DNA of 64,000 nt from a virus, in IMG/VR virus record IMGVR_UViG_3300048914_000231, positions 1 through 64,000 of that record; one strand, written 5' to 3'. Positions within the stretch are counted from its first letter, which is position 1. Each line of letters begins with the position of its first letter. The notes under the pieces were generated by a model. It was given only the letters and a program-made list of their open reading frames with translations, ran no database searches and had not been told where the DNA came from. Below are positions 63,875 through 64,000 of this stretch, in pieces. The position numbers were made by a program, and so were the translations under genes.

Positions 63875-63888
63875 AGTCAGTACTGACT
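63875..63888. promoter_or_regulatory. AGTCA-N4-TGACT palindrome upstream of the major tail gene
   Basis: AGTCAGTACTGACT, a perfect 14-bp palindrome. Confidence 0.85.
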
Positions 63889-63919
63889 GACGGAATATAT
63901 CACAAAAGTGGACAGTTTC

Positions 63920-64000
63920 CTACATGAAGTCACGCAGAATGTCCACCAGTTCCGCATCAATGGTGGCGTCGATTTCCGCTTCCACCGCACGGTCCATGAA
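63920..64000 (-). CDS. 3' end of an upstream morphogenesis gene (partial)
   Basis: FMDRAVEAEIDATIDAELVDILRDFM-stop. Confidence 0.5.
   Translation of the reverse strand, partial: FMDRAVEAEIDATIDAELVDILRDFM

Larger units (their letters stand above)
1..64000. mobile_element. Large temperate siphovirus / SSU5-pHCM2-like phage-plasmid segment
   Basis: Contiguous tail, lysis, replication (DnaE, helicase, primase, ligase), recombination, CobS/CobT and nrdA genes with no host housekeeping context; this gene set is typical of SSU5/pHCM2-like elements. Confidence 0.85.

Noticed and set aside
1-64000. CRISPR array, tRNA or rRNA genes
   Set aside because: The recurring palindrome is dispersed, not regularly spaced; no cloverleaf or rRNA-like sequence recognised.

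Overview
The whole window is one GC-rich, large temperate siphovirus segment with the gene content and order of SSU5/pHCM2-type phage-plasmids. That family assignment is an inference; no integrase, rep or par gene is inside the window. Every credible gene is on the minus strand except one XRE-type HTH repressor (25929-26381). In transcription order (right to left): a lambda-like tail module (major tail protein, G/GT chaperones with a GGGAAAG -1 frameshift, tape measure, M/L/NlpC, fused I-J tip protein), then a 1878-aa modular fibre ending in an intein-like Hint domain and accessory virion genes. Next come the lysis cassette, PhoH, an Hfq-like protein, helicase, primase, ligase, the repressor, CobT/CobS-like vWA-AAA+ genes, a sigma-like protein and DnaE fused to a UDG-like domain. 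The left end holds a T4-style recombination set (UvsY-like, gp32-like SSB, 5' exonuclease, RecA, SbcD/SbcC, RuvC) and the 5' part of nrdA. Four homing endonuclease genes are interspersed. Main non-routine signals: (1) a 14-bp palindrome AGTCA-N4-TGACT at about 20 intergenic positions with fixed geometry relative to -10/-35 boxes; (2) a self-processing Hint domain capping the tail fibre; (3) five unrelated small proteins sharing a C-terminal [WF]-[GA]-[AS]-[WF] tag; (4) a phage Hfq-like protein plus a shared CACG(A/G)A leader motif; (5) homing-endonuclease footprints, namely a duplicated sbcC tail and an I-TevI-style hairpin. All calls come from motif reading by eye; no database searches were run.
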